Positions 28,491-39,695 of a stretch of 64,000 nt of DNA are shown here, piece by piece (positions within the stretch are counted from its first letter, which is position 1; every line of letters begins with the position of its first letter). The position numbers were made by a program, and so were the translations under genes. Origin of the DNA: a virus; IMG/VR virus record IMGVR_UViG_3300022903_000002, positions 41,083 through 105,082 of that record; one strand, written 5' to 3'. The notes below the pieces were generated by a model. It had not been told where the DNA came from and searched no databases. It was given only the letters and a program-made list of their open reading frames with translations.

Positions 28491-31409
28491 TCAACTATCG
28501 CTCGGCCGGTCCCACGTCTCCCGAATCTCAATGACCTCTACCCGCTTCTCGACCGGAAGGTCATCAAGGAACCGCGCGTCGCCGTAGGCCGCCCGCTTGG
28601 CTTCAATGGCCTGTTCCTCGCTGGCTGCGATGAAAGGCACCCATGTTGCGGTGCACCACGCGCCGTTTGGGTTCTCGCGGCGGAGGTGGAATGTATGTAT
28701 GGAGTCGTCCGTGGCTGAAGCACCATGCGTAGGTCTGCTCAAGCATCGCTGCCGCCTCTCCTTGGTGATCTTGGGGGTTTGTTTTGCGTCACCCGTATTG
28801 GAGTGCGCAGCCGTGGTCGGCGCAGTGCTCCATGCCGTCGATGAGCGACCGCAGCGCCTGAAGGTCGAACGACTCGTTCTCGTTCAGGTTCGGTGCGATC
28901 CCCCACTGCTCGGCGACGACACGGAGGCGCGGCAACATCCGCCGGCAGTTCTCGGAGGAGATGAACCCATGCACGTCACTGGAGTTCAGGAGCGGCTCCA
29001 GCGCGGTCGGGTGGTCTTCCCAGTCGCGCGGGAGTACTTCGGTGCTGAAGCCGCGCATCTTGTCGAGGTCGATGCCGTCAAGCGAGGCGAGGCGCTTACG
29101 GAACATTCCGTAGCCGACGTAGTCCCACTGGGCGCCGCCGGGGCTGAACGAGACTCCCATATTCGCCCCCCTATCTATCGCTGGTGGGCGGTTCGTTGAT
29201 GCTGGCTGGTTGCGGCTGATGGCCCTTGCCGTTGCCGCCGCACTTCTCGGTAAGCATGCGTCCGCGCGGGAGATAAAGGGCTCCGCCGCAGTCGCCGCAC
29301 CGGGTGATCATCCAGACCTTGTCGACGCCCGCGCCGCATTCGCACATGGCGGGCGGGTTGTAGCCGTCGAAGTGGAGACCGTCGTGGTCGCACCGATATC
29401 TCACGTATCCGGCAGGCCGGGACGTGTCGTTGCCGTAGGTGGCGGCATAATTGGGGGTGAGCATGGGTCAGGCTCCTACTGGTCGCGTGATCCACTGGAC
29501 TCGGATACGGGGGTGCTCCCCCGCGTGCTCGTTAGCGGACCTCTCGGCGCCGCGGCGGGTCTTGTAGTTGTTCGCAGTCCACGGGCAACTCCCGCAACGC
29601 CACGAGTACGTATCGTCACGGAACGGGTTCGCATACACGTTCATGGACGAGCCGACGATGATCGAGCCGGCAGGTGGCGGGGCTGCCTTGGCGACGGTTT
29701 GGACGATCTCGCTGATGGAGGTCCGTTCCGCAGCGGACCTGAAGACGCGTTGCGCGGTGTCGATGTCACCGCGGGCGATCGCAGCGATGACGGCCTTGGC
29801 GTCGCTCATGCCGCCTCCCGCTTCTCCGGGTAACGGCGGTGGGTTGCCCAGCCGTCCTCGGTGAGGACGTAGCGGCCCTTCTGGTAGCCGAGGTGTGTTG
29901 GGACCGGTTCGGAGAGTAGGCCTGCGTCAATGAGCGGGTGGATGTATTCCTCGGCTCCGCGAGGCAGGCGATCCGGATACCAGACATGCTTGGCGTCCGG
30001 CCGGTCCGGATTCGTCATCATGTCCAGTAGGTCGTCGCCAGCCTTCGCGACCTGTACGCGCGTGAGGTGGCAGCCGAGTTCGCCACGGGCGGCCATGGCG
30101 AGGATGCGGCGTTGTGTCGCGTTCGGCTTGCCCGTGTACGGGTCGTACCAGCCGAGGAACGGCTCACGCCCGGCTTCGGCCTTGACCCACTCTTCCTGGT
30201 AGGTCATCGCGCCATGGCGGCAGTCCTGGATACCGGTGTGGAACATTGCGGGCGGGCCACCGGGAAGTTTCAGGTTGTCGCCGGGGAACGTCACGGGCTT
30301 CTGTCGGGTCGAGATCGGTTCCTCGCAGTACCAGCAGGCGCCCTCAGGGATCGACATGAGGCGTCGCGCTCGGCGGAGGGCATGGCTCGCTTTCGACTGC
30401 TCGCGCAGGTCCCGGCACGGCACGGGTTCGCCGCAGTGGGCGCAGACGGCGTAGTGCTCGGGCAGGACACGCCACGCTTGGTGGTCCTCGCCGTAGATGG
30501 AGATGCCTTCGGCTGCGGGGTCGTCGGCGCGCTGGAGGAAGATCTGCCCGGAGCCAGCGAGGACATCGATGACGCGGTACACGCGATCTTCGTGGGCGAT
30601 GAGCCGGCCGACTGGTGGCGTGCGGCCGTACACGCGTCGCTCACCGATCTCATCGAGGACGTGCTGGTACTCGCTCACTGGCCCTCCTGGTCGGTGATGG
30701 ACTGCCGGGTCCGCTCGATCAGCGCAGCGAGTGCGATCACGGGGAGCCCTCCTGTGTCTCTCCAGCCCTACCGGGGGCATCGGGCGTCTCGCGGTTGATC
30801 AGGATTAGCTCGCGGACGCAGGTCGCCCGGATGTCGCGGACGCAACCGGCGATGAAGCGCTCACCGCGCCGGTTGAGTTGGACTGTGGTCTTAACACCAG
30901 CCAAGCCGTGCAGGTTGGTCCACTCCGGATCGTCGGAGTGGATGTGCAGGTCGATGAACAGGTTCGGGCCCCGGTTCTGACGGCAGAGCGCTCGGTAGTC
31001 ACGCTCGGCCCTCCTTTGTTCGCGGACGAGCCGACCTGCTTCGAGGATCGCGCGGGCGACGACTCGGGGTGCGGCGATCACGCCGGACATATCCATCTCA
31101 GCCCTCCTGAGCCTCTGTGGCCCCGCCGGTCGCCTCCGTAGCCGCAGACACGGGAGAGGGGGCGTCAGCGTTGCTCTCAGGCTCGCTGCGGTAGTCGAGG
31201 TGTGGCACGCCTGCCACGCACATCGCCCCGCAGTGCTGGCAGTGGAACTGGCCCAGCGGCGCGCCAACGAGCTGTTGCGGCTCCCACGGCCATGGGCAAC
31301 GCTCGCCCATCTCGTTCAGCGGGGCGTCGATGCTCATGTCCCTGGACAGGTCCAGGGCGACGGCATCCTTCGGTGCAATGTCTTTCCAAGATCGGACGGT
31401 CTCAGCCAT
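28491..31409 (-). CDS. Run of coupled small hypothetical genes (28491-28742, 28789-29160, 29171-29464, 29468-29809, 29806-30678, 30737-31096, 31098-31409), several Cys-rich
   Basis: Tightly packed minus-strand ORFs with RBSs and stop/start overlaps; no function recognised. Confidence 0.6.
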
Positions 31410-31413
31410 CGGT

Positions 31414-32619
31414 TCAGTCCTCTCCGCCCGTGGGGGCGTCCGGGGTCGTCTCAGGGAGGAGATTGCCGCTCCAGTCGACTCCGGCTCGGCGGGTTACCTC
31501 GGCGTCTCCGGGGGCCTCAGGGGCGTCCAGGGCGGCAAGGACTTCCGTGGCGAGACATTCGTAGGCCGTCCGCCAGGCGTTCCACCTGACCTCCTCGACG
31601 CCGTTCTTAGCCTCGTTCACACGCGTCGCTGCCGAGCGGGCTCGCCTCTTCCAATCGGACGTGAGCGCTCGGATGGCGGCCTTGAGCGCGTCCCGCTCGG
31701 TCTCGGCCGCGACAACACGGTCATCGTCAGGTGGCGGGACGTCCAGCGGAACCCACACGCCGCCGCGCTGCTCCTCGGTGCGGAAGACACCGAACGCGCG
31801 GCGGTAGCGGATGCGGTCACCGGTCTCTGGGCTCCACACTTCGTGCCAATTCTCGCGGTGACTACGCGGCAGGTCGCACTGGATCGGGAATGACCAATGG
31901 ACGGAGATGCAGCGGCTCTCGTCGGACAGGTCCGGTGTGATCTCAGCGCTCATCGTTTGTCTCCTCGGTGGTGGCCTGTCGCCCTCGGCCGCTATCGCGC
32001 GGGTCACGGCCCGCTGGTGCTGCTCGATACGGGAGGACAGCTCGGCCTCGGCGTGCTCGGCGCGGGCGGTCAGGTGAACCAGGTGCTCGTCCCGGACCGA
32101 CAGGGCGGCAGCAGCCAGATCGGCGAAGCTCGCACCGACGAAGTGGGCGAGGCCGACGGAGCCGTCGTATGGCGGGCGCTCCGGCAGGACGCTCGCCTTG
32201 ACGCGCGCTTCGATCGCTTCGGCCATCCGGGCGGGCAGGTCACCGGGATCACCAGCCAGAGCGGCCAGCATGCGGTCGGCGATGTCACGGCCCCAGGCCG
32301 CAGCGATGCTGTCCGCGATCGTGTGGACCTGCCCAAGGGAGTCGCCGTCAGCGCAGGAGAAGAACCCGTAGTTCGCGAACGGGTACATCCGCATCCAGTT
32401 CGTGGCGACCTCGGTCAGGCGCTCGCGCAGGCCCTCAGCGGTTACGGGTGCGCGCTCGCTGGCGGCACGAAGAGCGTCGAGGAGACGGCAGGCGGAGTGC
32501 CAGACCTCACCCTCCCCGTAGGTCTTCAGGTGCTGAGCGACCTGAGCGACATCATCGAACGAGGCTGTCACAGTCGCCGGGTCAGCGGTTACGGGTGCGG
32601 TTGTGTCGTCCGTGGTCAC
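31414..32619 (-). CDS. Hypothetical protein; probable internal start at 31953
   Basis: 401-aa ORF with an in-frame GAGGAG-N7-ATG inside. Confidence 0.55.
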   Translation of the reverse strand: MTTDDTTAPVTADPATVTASFDDVAQVAQHLKTYGEGEVWHSACRLLDALRAASERAPVTAEGLRERLTEVATNWMRMYPFANYGFFSCADGDSLGQVHTIADSIAAAWGRDIADRMLAALAGDPGDLPARMAEAIEARVKASVLPERPPYDGSVGLAHFVGASFADLAAAALSVRDEHLVHLTARAEHAEAELSSRIEQHQRAVTRAIAAEGDRPPPRRQTMSAEITPDLSDESRCISVHWSFPIQCDLPRSHRENWHEVWSPETGDRIRYRRAFGVFRTEEQRGGVWVPLDVPPPDDDRVVAAETERDALKAAIRALTSDWKRRARSAATRVNEAKNGVEEVRWNAWRTAYECLATEVLAALDAPEAPGDAEVTRRAGVDWSGNLLPETTPDAPTGGED

Positions 32620-33041
32620 GATCGCTCCTCACCGGTTGCTGCCATTCGGTAGGTATCGCACGGCCACATGTCTCCACACGCCACGCAGTAGTTGCCAGTC
32701 ATGCCGCCCGGCGCGGTCTCACGCGCGTGCCATGCGCCGATCCTGGACAGGCGCTCTTCCAGGGTCTGGATCCGCTGTATGGCGAGGTAGGTCCGCGCGT
32801 CGAGGTTCCGCTCGTCGATCCATGCACCTCGACCGCGAGGAATGTTGGCCAGGTCGAGTAGATGGTGCGCGACGACCGCGAACATGAGTTGCTCGGCGAC
32901 GGCCGTCGGCAGGTCCGGCGGCCCAGGGTTCGGGAGGATCGGGTGTGGCTTGCCCTGGAGGATCTGGAGGAGCGTCCAGTTGATCTCCCCCGGCTCGGTG
33001 GTGTCGTCCTGCGGTGTGCGCTCGGGTGCGGGCTCAAGCAT
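32616..33041 (-). CDS. Hypothetical protein (H..CxxC..WPC motif)
   Basis: AGGAGG RBS; CVACGDMWPCDT. Confidence 0.6.
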   Translation of the reverse strand: MLEPAPERTPQDDTTEPGEINWTLLQILQGKPHPILPNPGPPDLPTAVAEQLMFAVVAHHLLDLANIPRGRGAWIDERNLDARTYLAIQRIQTLEERLSRIGAWHARETAPGGMTGNYCVACGDMWPCDTYRMAATGEERS

Positions 33042-33294
33042 CGTTGCCTCCTGCCGATGCGCTCTGCGGTACCTGCGTGTGATGCTCGGCCTGCCACGCC
33101 ACGATCTGCTCACGAGCCGCAGCGATACCGTCTAGATGCCGCTGCGGCGATCCCGCCCGGCGGCACAGGTCCTCGTACTCGACCAGCAGCCACGGCGTCA
33201 CCTGATCCTGAGCGCGGAACACGAACACGGGCTCGTCCTCGCCGATGTCGCCGCACTCCAGCTCGACACGTCCGTACTTACGATCACAGGCCAT
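33034..33294 (-). CDS. Small phage protein with DEPVFVFRAQD motif
   Basis: 86-aa ORF. Confidence 0.65.
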   Translation of the reverse strand: MACDRKYGRVELECGDIGEDEPVFVFRAQDQVTPWLLVEYEDLCRRAGSPQRHLDGIAAAREQIVAWQAEHHTQVPQSASAGGNDA

Positions 33295-33472
33295 CTCAGG
33301 TCTCTTTCTTTTTGGGTGATGGCGGGGTTTTCTGCGGCGCTCCTTACTGCGGAGGATTCGCATTCGCGTGGTATCGAGTTTGAGGGGAAGTCGCTATCGG
33401 ATACGCTCCCGCCATTTTATCAAGTTCGACGTGATCGGCAGGCGTTAATGAATGGCTACCGGGAAAGCGTGA

Positions 33473-35302
33473 TTAAGCTGATTGCGGAATCCAGCTAGTT
33501 CCGCACCTACGACAAAGACAACTGCGGGATCTAGCGTGAATAGGTGTCGGCTGCTCGCAGTTCGGCCAGGGCGGCTGAGCGAGAAGCAGCGGATCGCTCA
33601 CCGGATCACCCGGTCCCGGTCGGCGTCCCACGCGGTGCAATGCGAAGCGGTCCGGCCGTCGTCCCAGCGGATCGTGATCTGCCATGCCGGCCATACGGGA
33701 CGGTCGGTTTCGATGCCTAGGACGTCGTACTCCTGCCCCCAGTAGCCGCAGTAGTAGCGGCCACCGACGCGCTGGGGGCCGATCTCGCGGGCGAAGGCGG
33801 TCACCGGTTGAGCCTTTCGCAGTTGCTGCAGTTAGGTGCGCCGAGGTTCATGGGATCGGCCCTGTCCGGGTCGGCGACGAGAAGGACGCCGCACAAGGCC
33901 CGCGGCACTTTCAGCCCGAGGCGGTCCAGCCAGTACTGGATGTCTCCGACGATATGGACGTAGTTGTCGTCGCTGCTGCTGGGGGCGAGGCGGGTGTCGG
34001 TCTGTGGAGCGGATCTGGCCATGGTCTTCCTTCTCTCTGCTAGCTGATGGTGTGGCCGTAGACGTTCATGGGGTGACTTCTTGGCAACACGAGATCAGGG
34101 AGGTATCGCGGTGCCTCTGCTGGTGTTTCCCTGCGGCGGTGCGCGCCTTATCGATGCCTTTGACGTGCTTGATCGCCTCGCATCGGCCGCAGTAGACGAA
34201 GTCGTGGCGTGGTTCCGGCCCGGGCCCGTAGCCGATCGCGTCTTCTATCGGAACGCTGACTTCGGCAGCGAAGTGGGCCAGTAGAGCGGCGGCGGCGTCT
34301 TTGCTGATTCGGCTCATGCCTGACCTGCCCTGCAGGCGCAGTACACGGTCCGGCCTCGGCCGCCGTTGCGGTACTCGACCCACTCCCCGCGGTCCCAGCA
34401 CTCAGTGCAGTCATACGGAGGCATGCCTCAGCCCCGCTTCCATGGGTCCGGAAGGCGAGCCGCGCGGGATCCCTGCGTGACCATCGTCGCGAAATCCAGC
34501 TGCGTCATCTCGAAGCTCATCAGGAGCTTGCCTCGGGCGTAAACCTCGACCTGCACGCCGCCGCCACAGGGCTTGAACTGAATCGTGTCTGTCATGGCTC
34601 AGGCCACCTCCACGTCGGAGACGGTGAAGTCAGGCCAGTCATCCGCTGCCATGCCTCTGACGGCGTCCTCGTTCGCGCCGCGGTAGTCCATGTCGAAGCT
34701 GCCGTTCGAGCTTGAGAGGGTGACGACGAAGAGCGCCATGTTCAGGCCGCCTTAAGGAACGCGTAGAAGACCTCCGCCTCGGCGATCAACAGCGCCGGGT
34801 CATCATCCGGATCGCGATCGAAGTCGCGGTTGTTGGACGCCCTGAACAGAGACCGGTAGCGGGCGTCCTGCTCCGCTGCGTCTCCGGTCTCCACCCAGTC
34901 GATGAGGACCTTCGCGTTAGCTGCGACCGCGCCCGGGTTGCTTCGCTCGGTGGTCAGGTCGCCGGCGTAGCCGAGTACGTGATCGCGGCGGATCCGGACG
35001 GTACTCTCCCGAGGTTTTTCGGGGGCGTTGATCGAGTTGAGTTCCATAGTTCAGGCCATCGCTTTCATGTTGGCGAGGTGGCGCTGGCCGACCTCGGTGA
35101 TCGTGTACGACGTGTGCACCGCACCGCGGACCGCGGACAGATAGCCGGAGTCGGCGAGCTGGTGCAGGGCCGCGCGGATGTAGGAGGCCGGCACGCCAGG
35201 CTGGACGCGCTGCAGATCCCCGATCGTGTGCGGCAGATCGTTGGTGAAGGCGGCCAGGACCGCGTTGTTCACGTCATTCCAGGCGGCGTCGGTAGAACCC
35301 AT
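33473..35302 (-). CDS. Run of small hypothetical genes (33473-33601, 33598-33804, 33801-34022, 34066-34317, 34314-34424, 34428-34595, 34599-34739, 34742-35047, 35051-35302 winged-helix-like)
   Basis: Contiguous coupled ORFs, several with CxxC; the last has the wHTH signature L..L...GYL.......Y.IT..G. Confidence 0.6.
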
Positions 35303-35338
35303 GGCGGGTGTGTCCTTTCGGGAGTGGGGGGAGGAGGG

Positions 35339-37282
35339 TTAGGCGGCGACTGACGCCAGCCGCTGTTTGCCCCGTTCGGTGATGCGATACAGTCCGCGAC
35401 CGGTCTTCTCGATCTCGCCCGAGGCGACCAGGTCGGTGAGAGCCTTGGTGATAGTGCGGAGCGCCGGCGGCGGGGACATGTGGGTCTGGATGAACCCGAC
35501 CATCTCCCCTCGGTTCACTTCCTGGCCGTCCCGCTCCGCCAGATAACTCAAGACGGCGTCTTCGCCGATGCGGGACTGGTCGGAGTCGTCCTGTGTGTCC
35601 GCCTTCGATGACTGGCTTTGTGGGGTGTGGGCGCTGGCTCCGTCGCCGCCGGCGACAGGACCGACGAACGGCTCGAGTTGCGCCGGCTCCCCGCTCGTTG
35701 CCCAACGTCGCGGCTTGATGATCAGGAACGTTCGCATCGTCGCGGGACGGTCAGCGCCGGGCCCGAACACGTAACCGAGACCTGAAGTCGTGTCTCCGTT
35801 CGGCCATTCCTTGGGCAGCGTGCACGGGTCGACGGGCATCGACCCGTTGAACGCGACCTGGCCCGAGAGGCGGTTCGCGGTGCGGAACACGATGACGTTC
35901 CCGGCGGCGACTGCGTCACGGATCGCCATGGAGTTGCCCAGGCTGTTCAACAGCGGCACTTGGGTGATTAGCCGGAATTTGATCCCGCACTTGCGGGACA
36001 TCGCGATCATTTCCTCAACGAGCGCACAGCAGACAGGGTCACCGAGGACGGTCTGCGCCTCGTCGACTGTGACGCTGATCATTGGCAGGCCGTGACGCGG
36101 GTCGCCGGGGGTGAACTCCTCGATGCCCTCGATCTCTTCGCCGTCCTCATCGACCCACCGGATCGTGGACATGAGTTCGTTGCGGGCGTACATACGGTCG
36201 CGGAGTTCACGGAGCCGGCCGCGGATCGCGTCGAGGCCACCAGCGAACTGAGCGACAGCGTTCTTCCACCCAGACTCGGAGTAGGACTGCCCGCGTTGCG
36301 GGTCCAGAAGGATCGAAGCGATCACACCAGAGTGGCGTTCCTCGGCGAGGAGGAGTTTGACGAGGACAGACTTCCCGGCGTCGGTGGATCCGGCGATGAG
36401 GTCGTGGACCGGCCCGGACCGTGGCCGGTAGTGCCGGTACGAGACAGGATTCCCGTCGGTGTACACGCCGATACGGGAGACACCAGTGGCGGTTTTGAGA
36501 GTCGGCCCAGGCCAGTGGTGAACCTCCTGGAGCGGGTTCTCGGCCTGCACGAGCACCCGGAAGTGCCGAAGGGACCCGTCGGGGGCCGGTTCGATACTGA
36601 TCGAGCCGGTCTTCAGGTGGAGTGCGCCACCGATGTCCTCGGTCGCCATAATCGCGCGCTTGTAGGTGCCTTTGGTGACTTCGCCCAGTCCGGCCCAGCC
36701 GCCGCGGATCTTCTCTACTTCGAGGATCCGCGAGTGCTCGAGCGGGCCGCCTGAGCAGGAGACATGGAGGCGCCACGACTCGACCAGCTCCGGGTCCTCC
36801 GCGACGGGCGCGACCTCGGGCGCCTGGTGGTTGCGGATGCGGTAGCGCCACCACCACGGCAACGCGAACGCCCCACCGACGATCGCGAGCCACGCGGGCA
36901 TCGGCTTGCCGACACCGTGCGCTGCGGCTTCCATGAGCCACAGCGTCGCCGCGATGATTGAGGTGACCGCGTGCAACTGCCGCCAGATATTCACGGCCTT
37001 GGCGTAGAGGGCCCACCATGTGCCGCCGGCGGTTACCGCGCCGGTTGCGAGGACCGCCCACCACGGGGCACTGAACACCTCCAAGGCGAACCCAGTGACG
37101 TAGGCGCCGCCCATGACCTCGACGGGGATGAGTTGGCGGCGGAACCGTCTCCCGACCTTGAACGTCCCGGCGAGGGCCCGGTGCTCCTTCTTCGGAGCGG
37201 ACGCCGCAGCGGCAACCGCTGGCTGGGACACGTCAACGCGAACCGTCTGCGGGTCCCGCTGCTCAACTGCTACGGCGTCCAT
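35339..37282 (-). CDS. traB: TraB-like FtsK/SpoIIIE conjugal DNA translocase
   Basis: N-terminal TM helices, Walker A GSTDAGKS, Walker B VTVDEAQ, SRKCG, ITQ, C-terminal winged helix. Confidence 0.85.
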   Translation of the reverse strand: MDAVAVEQRDPQTVRVDVSQPAVAAAASAPKKEHRALAGTFKVGRRFRRQLIPVEVMGGAYVTGFALEVFSAPWWAVLATGAVTAGGTWWALYAKAVNIWRQLHAVTSIIAATLWLMEAAAHGVGKPMPAWLAIVGGAFALPWWWRYRIRNHQAPEVAPVAEDPELVESWRLHVSCSGGPLEHSRILEVEKIRGGWAGLGEVTKGTYKRAIMATEDIGGALHLKTGSISIEPAPDGSLRHFRVLVQAENPLQEVHHWPGPTLKTATGVSRIGVYTDGNPVSYRHYRPRSGPVHDLIAGSTDAGKSVLVKLLLAEERHSGVIASILLDPQRGQSYSESGWKNAVAQFAGGLDAIRGRLRELRDRMYARNELMSTIRWVDEDGEEIEGIEEFTPGDPRHGLPMISVTVDEAQTVLGDPVCCALVEEMIAMSRKCGIKFRLITQVPLLNSLGNSMAIRDAVAAGNVIVFRTANRLSGQVAFNGSMPVDPCTLPKEWPNGDTTSGLGYVFGPGADRPATMRTFLIIKPRRWATSGEPAQLEPFVGPVAGGDGASAHTPQSQSSKADTQDDSDQSRIGEDAVLSYLAERDGQEVNRGEMVGFIQTHMSPPPALRTITKALTDLVASGEIEKTGRGLYRITERGKQRLASVAA

Positions 37283-37354
37283 GGGTCTCCGTCCCTGGAA
37301 AATGTGAGATGTGGGGTGGGCCCGGGCGCGTCACCGCCCGGACCCGAATGCAGG

Positions 37355-38272
37355 TCAGCCGCTGTAGAAGCTCGTGTCGCCGACCTTCGCCGTGGCGCCC
37401 TGGACGGACTGCTCGACGTTCTCGTGGCCCTGCGTCCGCAGCTTTGTGCGCGCCGCCTCAGCGTTCGCGACGGTCTGCTCCGCGGCCTGCAGGCGCTGCG
37501 TCGCCGCGGTGCGCCGCTGCATCGCTGCATCCATCAGATCCGTCATCCCGCCGGCGGTCTCAGAACCCAGGCCCGCGTTCAGCAGGCTCGTGTTCGTGGA
37601 CTCGTGCGCGGCGATCTCCTTGTCCGCTGCGGCGATCTCCGCTCGGGCTTCCTCGATCCGCCCTGCCGCTGCGCTGATCGTCGCGTCAAGGTGGGTGCGG
37701 TAGGTGCCGATGTTGGTGGTCTCACCGGTCATCGTGTCGGTCACTGTCGTTTCCTTTCCTGTTGGAGACTCACTGCCTGCCCCGGCCGGGACAGCCCGGA
37801 GAACGGCCGCGCCTCGAACACGCGACGTCGGCTCCTCTGGTTTCGGGGTGGGTGTCGTCGGCTCCGGCTCGCTCGCCTCGGCCGCAGCGCCTCGCCGGAA
37901 CTTCGCTTTGGCTCGTTCCCAGCCAGCGCGGATCGCGTTCCGCAGCGGCGGTACCGGCTCTCCGGTCGCGGCGCGGCGTTCCTGCCATTCCTGGTGCTGC
38001 TTCTTGGCAGCGACGAATCCGTCCCGCATGTCGGCGACGGTCGGCGACCAGCCGTGCCGCAATTGGTATGCGAAATGACCGAGGGCGTTTCTTCGGGCAC
38101 CCCACCACAGAGCGCGGGCGCGCCGGGATTTGTCCCAGCTCGGGTGTCGGCTTTTCAGTTCTTTGTTGAGTTGTTTCCGGTAGCGGTCTTGGGCGGTCCG
38201 GTATTCGGCGGCTTTGCCTTCGAATATGTGGCACAGCGCCCAGCCGATTGCGACGAGCAGTAGAAGTCCCAT
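37355..38272 (-). CDS. Transfer-region protein (membrane anchor plus helical C-terminal domain)
   Basis: Immediately upstream of traB; hydrophobic N-terminus. Confidence 0.6.
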   Translation of the reverse strand: MGLLLLVAIGWALCHIFEGKAAEYRTAQDRYRKQLNKELKSRHPSWDKSRRARALWWGARRNALGHFAYQLRHGWSPTVADMRDGFVAAKKQHQEWQERRAATGEPVPPLRNAIRAGWERAKAKFRRGAAAEASEPEPTTPTPKPEEPTSRVRGAAVLRAVPAGAGSESPTGKETTVTDTMTGETTNIGTYRTHLDATISAAAGRIEEARAEIAAADKEIAAHESTNTSLLNAGLGSETAGGMTDLMDAAMQRRTAATQRLQAAEQTVANAEAARTKLRTQGHENVEQSVQGATAKVGDTSFYSG

Positions 38273-38276
38273 TACG

Positions 38277-38744
38277 TCACACCCCGAACAATTTTCCGAT
38301 GACGGCGGCACCAGTCACCGCGACGGTTGACAGGAAAGTGGCGAGCCAGCTACCGATGGTCCCGCCGATCTGCGGCCCGAAAGCGGGAAGTAGAAGCGCG
38401 GAAATCTCGGTGGTCCGGTTCGACTGGTGTTTCGGCCACAAGTCGTAGATGACGATGTAGGCGAGGACGAACGCGATCACAACGGGGATGGCAGCACCGA
38501 CGTAGGGGATGGTGACGGCCCACCGCATCACGGTGACGGCCCACGAGGCGAGGAACGCGGCGGCGAACCCCACCCCGGCGATCAGGTACAGCCACGGCTT
38601 CAGGAACTCGATCTTGCCGAGGGGCTTCCAGTTCAGCAGCAGCGCGAACGTGATGCAGATGCCAGCGGCGCCGAGCGAGATGGCGGTGAAGTGGTGCGGG
38701 ACAGACGCCGATACGGCGGCCTGCCTCGCAGCTACGGATGTCAA
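38277..38744 (-). CDS. Spd-like multi-TM membrane protein
   Basis: 4-5 TM segments; AAGGAG RBS; transfer cluster. Confidence 0.6.
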   Translation of the reverse strand: MTSVAARQAAVSASVPHHFTAISLGAAGICITFALLLNWKPLGKIEFLKPWLYLIAGVGFAAAFLASWAVTVMRWAVTIPYVGAAIPVVIAFVLAYIVIYDLWPKHQSNRTTEISALLLPAFGPQIGGTIGSWLATFLSTVAVTGAAVIGKLFGV

Positions 38745-38770
38745 GGGACCTCTCCTTCTGTGAGCAGGGA

Positions 38771-39247
38771 TTAGTGGAGTCGCCACACGATGACGGCGAA
38801 GATCAGGAAGCAGATCGAGCGGGCGGGTCGCTGGATCAGCCATGCGGCTGCGTACAGCGCCCAGGACGCGGGGATCGCGATGAGGAAGCAGTGGATGCGT
38901 TGCGCCAGGCGGAGGAACGGAACGCCGCCAGCCATGGGGGCGGCCTTCGCGTAGGCGAGGAGCTCGTAGGTCGACGCAGGGTGCTCGGCTTTGAAGCCGG
39001 AGTTGCGCCCGGGCCAGTTCCCGAGCTTCGCGAGGGTCTCTTTGGCTTGGGAGATCCACAGGTCGACGACCTCGTCTACGGCGCTGAAGTCCTCTTCCTC
39101 ATCGGTGTCGGCGCCGCGTTCGCGGTCACCTTCGGTTACACTCTCCTCGCGCGCACCCGGGCGCGCCCGCGCGTCGCGCCCCTCCGTCGCGTAGGGGACC
39201 TCTTCTTCGAGCAACGGCCCGTTGCCCATTGCGCTTTGCCTCATCAC
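38771..39247 (-). CDS. Membrane protein (transfer cluster)
   Basis: C-terminal TM segments; coupled to neighbouring genes. Confidence 0.55.
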   Translation of the reverse strand: MMRQSAMGNGPLLEEEVPYATEGRDARARPGAREESVTEGDRERGADTDEEEDFSAVDEVVDLWISQAKETLAKLGNWPGRNSGFKAEHPASTYELLAYAKAAPMAGGVPFLRLAQRIHCFLIAIPASWALYAAAWLIQRPARSICFLIFAVIVWRLH

Positions 39248-39695
39248 TGCCCGTCACCTCCTTCCAGATACTGGATGCGCGTGTTGATGAGCCTGATCAT
39301 CTGGTCGACCTCCGTTACGGACAGGCCTGCTGGCAGGTCGGCGACGATCCGCCGCCAGCGGTCGAACTGGACCGCGACGCGCTCCTGCGGGGTCCGCACC
39401 CGGCGGGCCTTCCGGTCAAGGAGTGCCTGGCGTCGCTCGGCGCGTGCCTCGGATCGAGTGCTCACGGGGTCGCCTCGACGTCTGACTGCTCGGCGTGAGC
39501 GCCCTGCGGCTTGATGTAGGTCCGGTACGCCCAGATGGCAGCGATGCCGAGTGTGATGATCACGATCAGCCCGACGAATCGCATGTACGTGTGGAGGTTG
39601 CGATCCATAGCGGTCGCGACCACTCCGCCGGCGACCGCCCCGGAGATGGTTGCGGCAACAACGGTCGTGACCACTGGCCTGATGTTGGTGGTCAT
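39244..39695 (-). CDS. Two small genes (39244-39465; 39462-39695, two TM segments)
   Basis: Coupled ORFs. Confidence 0.55.
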
